From: Mobula hypostoma
Taxonomy: Eukaryota
DNA length: 64,000 nt
Assembly (NCBI RefSeq): GCF_963921235.1
Contig: NC_086108.1
Coordinates: 11,966,001-12,030,000, forward strand
Direction of reading: 5' to 3'
Shown one piece after another: positions 62,901 to 64,000 of this stretch. Each line of letters starts with the position of its first letter. The first letter of the stretch is position 1. A program made the position numbers and the translations under genes. The notes below the pieces were generated by a model. The model searched no databases. It worked only from the letters and a program-made list of their open reading frames with translations, and had not been told where the DNA came from.

Positions 62901-64000
62901 TCTACAGACTATCATTCCACTATGAAATGACTGTACACTATCAGTCCAACATGAAATGGCAACAGACTGCCAGTTCAAGACAAAATCTTTGCAGACTTTC
63001 AGTCCACAAAGAAATTACTGCAGACCGTCAAACCAAAATGCAATGTCTGCAGACTGTCAGTACAATATGAAGTGTCTAGACACTGCAAGTCCAGCATGAA
63101 ATCTCAACAGCCTGCCTATCCAAGGAGAAATGACTACAGACTTTCAGGCCACCATGAAATGCCTGCAGACCACCAATCCAACGTGAACTGTTAATGGCTG
63201 TCAGTGCACAATGAAGTGTCTACACAGTCAGTCCAACATGGAATATCTACAGACTGTCAGTCCGCCATGGAATGCCTATCATCTTCCATTCAACGTGAAA
63301 TGTCTACAGACAGTCAGTCCAACATGCGATGTCTACAGACTGCCAGTCCAACGTGAAATGTCTACAGAGTGTCACTCCAACATGAAATGTCTACAGGCTG
63401 TCACTCCAATGTGAAATCTCCTCAGAATGCCAGTCCACCTTGAAATGTCCAACTTCAGATGTCTGCAGATAGTCAGTCCAACCTCAGATGTCTGCAGATT
63501 GACAGTCCTTAGTGAAAGGTTTACAGACAGTCAGCCCACAAAGAAATGTCTGCAGTCTCTCAGCCCAACATGAAATGTCTTCAGTTGTCAGTCCACCATG
63601 AAATGACTACGGTTTGTCAGTCCAACGTGGAATGTCAATAGACTTCAAGTCCAACATGAAATCTCAACAGACTGCGAGTCCAAGATGAAATGTCTACAGA
63701 CTGTCAGTCCAACATGAAATGCAAACAGTGTGCTCATCCAAGATGAAGTATCTCAAGAATTTCAGTCCACCAAGAAATGTCTGCAGACTGTCAGTCCAAC
63801 ATGAAATGTCTATAGACTGTCAGTCCAACATGAAATGTCTGAAGTCAGTAAAACAGGCAATGTCTCCCGATGAAATCTCTGCAATATTCCTGTAGAACAT
63901 GAAATGTCTACAGACTATCAGTCCACCATGAAATGACTACAGCCTATCAGTCCAACATAAAATATCTACAGACTACCACTCCAACATGAAATGCCAACAG

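Larger units (their letters stand above)
45705..64000. repeat. Large satellite array, 29-bp unit ATGAAATGTCTACAGACTGTCAGTCCAAC (hundreds of copies, runs off the window)
   Basis: ATGAAA at 45763, 45792 and 45821 gives a period of 29. Interrupted by at least four insertions. Confidence 0.97.

Noticed and set aside
51176..63414. MKCLQTVSP / MSTDCQS ORFs
   Set aside because: They are translations of the 29-bp satellite, which has an ATG in every unit.
45705..64000. CRISPR-like array, given 29-33 bp repeats with dyad symmetry
   Set aside because: Units are directly adjacent with no unique spacers, there are no cas genes, and the context is vertebrate. The same applies to the 31- and 32-bp arrays.

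Overview
Eukaryotic, repeat-dominated vertebrate DNA. The repeat repertoire (CR1/HER1-type LINEs, V-domain HE1-like SINEs, Rex/Babar-like LINEs, Penelope-derived repeats) suggests a cartilaginous fish, probably a ray; this is an inference. No host protein-coding gene could be recognised, only weak exon candidates. Bases 1-32,000 are a mosaic of decayed and nested mobile elements: CR1, Rex/Babar, RTE, Penelope, a solo LTR with a 5-bp target-site duplication (TSD), and a DD34E Tc1 element broken by two CR1 insertions. Bases 32,300-64,000 are mostly four different tandem arrays with 31-, 32-, 15- and 29-bp units, carrying higher-order duplications and retroelement insertions. The most interesting signal is a non-coding, TSD-flanked RTE-type element. 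Its exact 5' end can be folded by eye into an HDV/CPEB3-like double-pseudoknot ribozyme with an unusual hairpin inserted after L3 and almost no P4 (15705-15873, minus strand), and a diverged second copy sits head-to-head beside it. Decayed minimal hammerhead motifs of Penelope-like repeats are scattered through the window, and one insertion starts at the predicted hammerhead cleavage site. All family names come from motif recognition, not database searches; most element boundaries are approximate.
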